Assembly: GCA_937900755.1 (NCBI GenBank)
Contig: CALCDN010000166.1
Coordinates: forward strand, 1-35,074
Length of the DNA: 35,074 nucleotides
DNA from: an uncultured Acetobacter sp.
Lineage (GTDB): Bacteria; Pseudomonadota; Alphaproteobacteria; Acetobacterales; Acetobacteraceae
Reading direction: 5' to 3'
This document shows, in pieces, positions 33,439 to 35,074 of the stretch. Both the position numbers and the translations under genes were made by a program. Numbering within the stretch: position 1 is the stretch's first letter; each line of letters opens with the position of its first letter. The notes beneath the pieces are model-generated. The model was given only the letters and a program-made list of their open reading frames with translations, had not been told where the DNA came from and did no database searches.

Positions 33439-33530
33439 GCACACTCAATATACTCGCCGTCGGCAAGATGCGTGGACTTAGCCCAAAGTGCTGGACACGG
33501 CAAGACACCGAGACGGATTTTACGCAACGC

Positions 33531-35003
33531 TCATCTGCCCTGCGCCTGCTCCGCCTTCTGCCGTGCCGGACCAAGGTAACGGTCCAGGTCCTCAGCCACG
33601 GGCCACGGGCCGGCCTGCCGGCCTGCCTCCCCATGCAGCCAGACGCCCGCGCAGGCGGCCTCCCACGCAGGCATGCCTGCTGCCAGCAGGGTGGCAATCA
33701 CGCCCGAGAGCGTATCCCCCGAACCGGCGGTACCCAGTGCCGCGGTGGCATGGGTGTTGATCGCCAGCCGCCCGTCGGGGGCCGCGATCAGGGTTGAGGC
33801 CCCCTTGAGCACCACAACGGCGTTAATCTGCCGGGCCGCCTGCCGCACCTGCGCGGGCGGGTTGGCCCCCACGGCCCCGAACACGCGCGCGAACTCGCCC
33901 GTATGGGGCGTAATGACCGAAACCCCACGCAGGCTGTCCGGCCGCCCGGCACAGGCGGTCAAGGCCCCGGCATCGGCCAGAATACTCCGCCCCGAGTCCA
34001 GCAGCCTGGGCAGGGCCTCCCCAACCTCCGCCTCGCTCAGGCCCGGCCCGCAGACCCAGACGTGCCTGCGCCGGTCCTCCAGCAGGCTCTCCAGGGCGGC
34101 TTCATCCACAATCAGTCCGGGCTGGCCCAGCCTGTAGGCCCCAGCGGCGGCCCCGGCGGCCACGCGCACAAGCCCCGCCCCGGCGGCGCGCGCGCCAGAG
34201 GCGCATAACCGTGTCGCCCCGGGCATGGACTGCCCGGCACAAATACTGACCACACCGCGTGTGTATTTGTTGCTCTGCGCCCCCAGAACAGGCAGCACCC
34301 ACAGCCCCGGCTCATTGTGCCATGTGGTGGCGGGCACCGCGGCCAGCACAGAGTCGGGAATACCAATATCGGCCAGAATCAAACGCCCCAGCAGCCCCCG
34401 CGCCGGATAGAGCAGGTGCCCGGGCTTGAACCGGCAGAAGGTTACGGTCATGGCCGCCTGTGGCGCGTAGCCGCGCACCTGCCCGGTCGCGCCATCCAGC
34501 CCCGAAGGCATGTCTATGGCAACAATCTTGCCAGCAGCCTGCAAGGTCTGGGCAACCAGCCCCCCCACGTCCCGGCTCAGCCCGGCACCAAACACGGCAT
34601 CGACCACCAGATCGGCCCTCTGGGCCTCCTCCGGCGCAAAGGGCACGCGTGGCCCCACATAGGCCGCACTGGCGCGCCCCGCATCCGTGTCCGCCCTGGG
34701 GGGGGCCAGCTCCGCCACGGCAACCGGCCACCCTATGGATGCGAGGTGCCGGGCCGCCACGTAGCCGTCCCCACCATTATTGCCCGGCCCGCACAGGACC
34801 AGCACCCGTGCGGGCCGCTCGTGGCGGCGGATCGCCCGCGCCACGGCCCGACCGGCATTTTCCATCAACGTGGAGACTGGCACATGGGCAGCACTCAGCC
34901 TGTCCACCTCACCCATCTGCTCCGGTGTATAAAGGCCCAGGGATAAAGGATAACCGGGTTGCATGCATGGCTCCGCACAAAGGGTGTGAATGACATCAGG
35001 CAT
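33531..35003 (-). CDS. nnr: Bifunctional NAD(P)H-hydrate repair enzyme (YjeF epimerase/dehydratase)
   Basis: LMENAG, GPGNNGGDG, DAVFGAG, DMPSG, GPGL, DAGAL, TPHTGEF, VLKG and AGSGDTLSG. Start uncertain. Confidence 0.92.
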   Translation of the reverse strand: MPDVIHTLCAEPCMQPGYPLSLGLYTPEQMGEVDRLSAAHVPVSTLMENAGRAVARAIRRHERPARVLVLCGPGNNGGDGYVAARHLASIGWPVAVAELAPPRADTDAGRASAAYVGPRVPFAPEEAQRADLVVDAVFGAGLSRDVGGLVAQTLQAAGKIVAIDMPSGLDGATGQVRGYAPQAAMTVTFCRFKPGHLLYPARGLLGRLILADIGIPDSVLAAVPATTWHNEPGLWVLPVLGAQSNKYTRGVVSICAGQSMPGATRLCASGARAAGAGLVRVAAGAAAGAYRLGQPGLIVDEAALESLLEDRRRHVWVCGPGLSEAEVGEALPRLLDSGRSILADAGALTACAGRPDSLRGVSVITPHTGEFARVFGAVGANPPAQVRQAARQINAVVVLKGASTLIAAPDGRLAINTHATAALGTAGSGDTLSGVIATLLAAGMPAWEAACAGVWLHGEAGRQAGPWPVAEDLDRYLGPARQKAEQAQGR

Positions 35004-35074
35004 AATAGCCCCTTGCACCAGCCCCGTCCCCTTGGCAATCAGTCAGGCAGATACGCACCGGGCATGACGCTGCG

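Overview
A GC-rich core-chromosome segment from an alphaproteobacterium. Gene order and protein style suggest an acetic acid bacterium, probably Acetobacter; that assignment is inference. Left end: gph (-) divergent from glmU-glmS (+), then a DUF3108-like exported protein and an IclR regulator (-) divergent from a Cys glutathione peroxidase (+). The rest is one long minus-strand run: nnr, tRNA-Leu(TAG), tig, clpP, clpX, lon, HU, tRNA-Val(TAC), nuoA-L, nuoN, birA, coaX, rnj, proS, lolC/E, lolD. No mobile element, CRISPR array or prophage is visible. The main anomaly is that the complex I operon lacks nuoM. Its slot holds a 19-codon mini-ORF that starts just after the nuoL stop and ends in an ATGA overlap with nuoN, which looks like an in-frame deletion scar, while NuoL keeps an apparently full-length transverse helix. 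Secondary observations are three clustered substitutions in a near-invariant Lon AAA+ motif and a sigma70 promoter with two tandem palindromes between iclR and the peroxidase gene.
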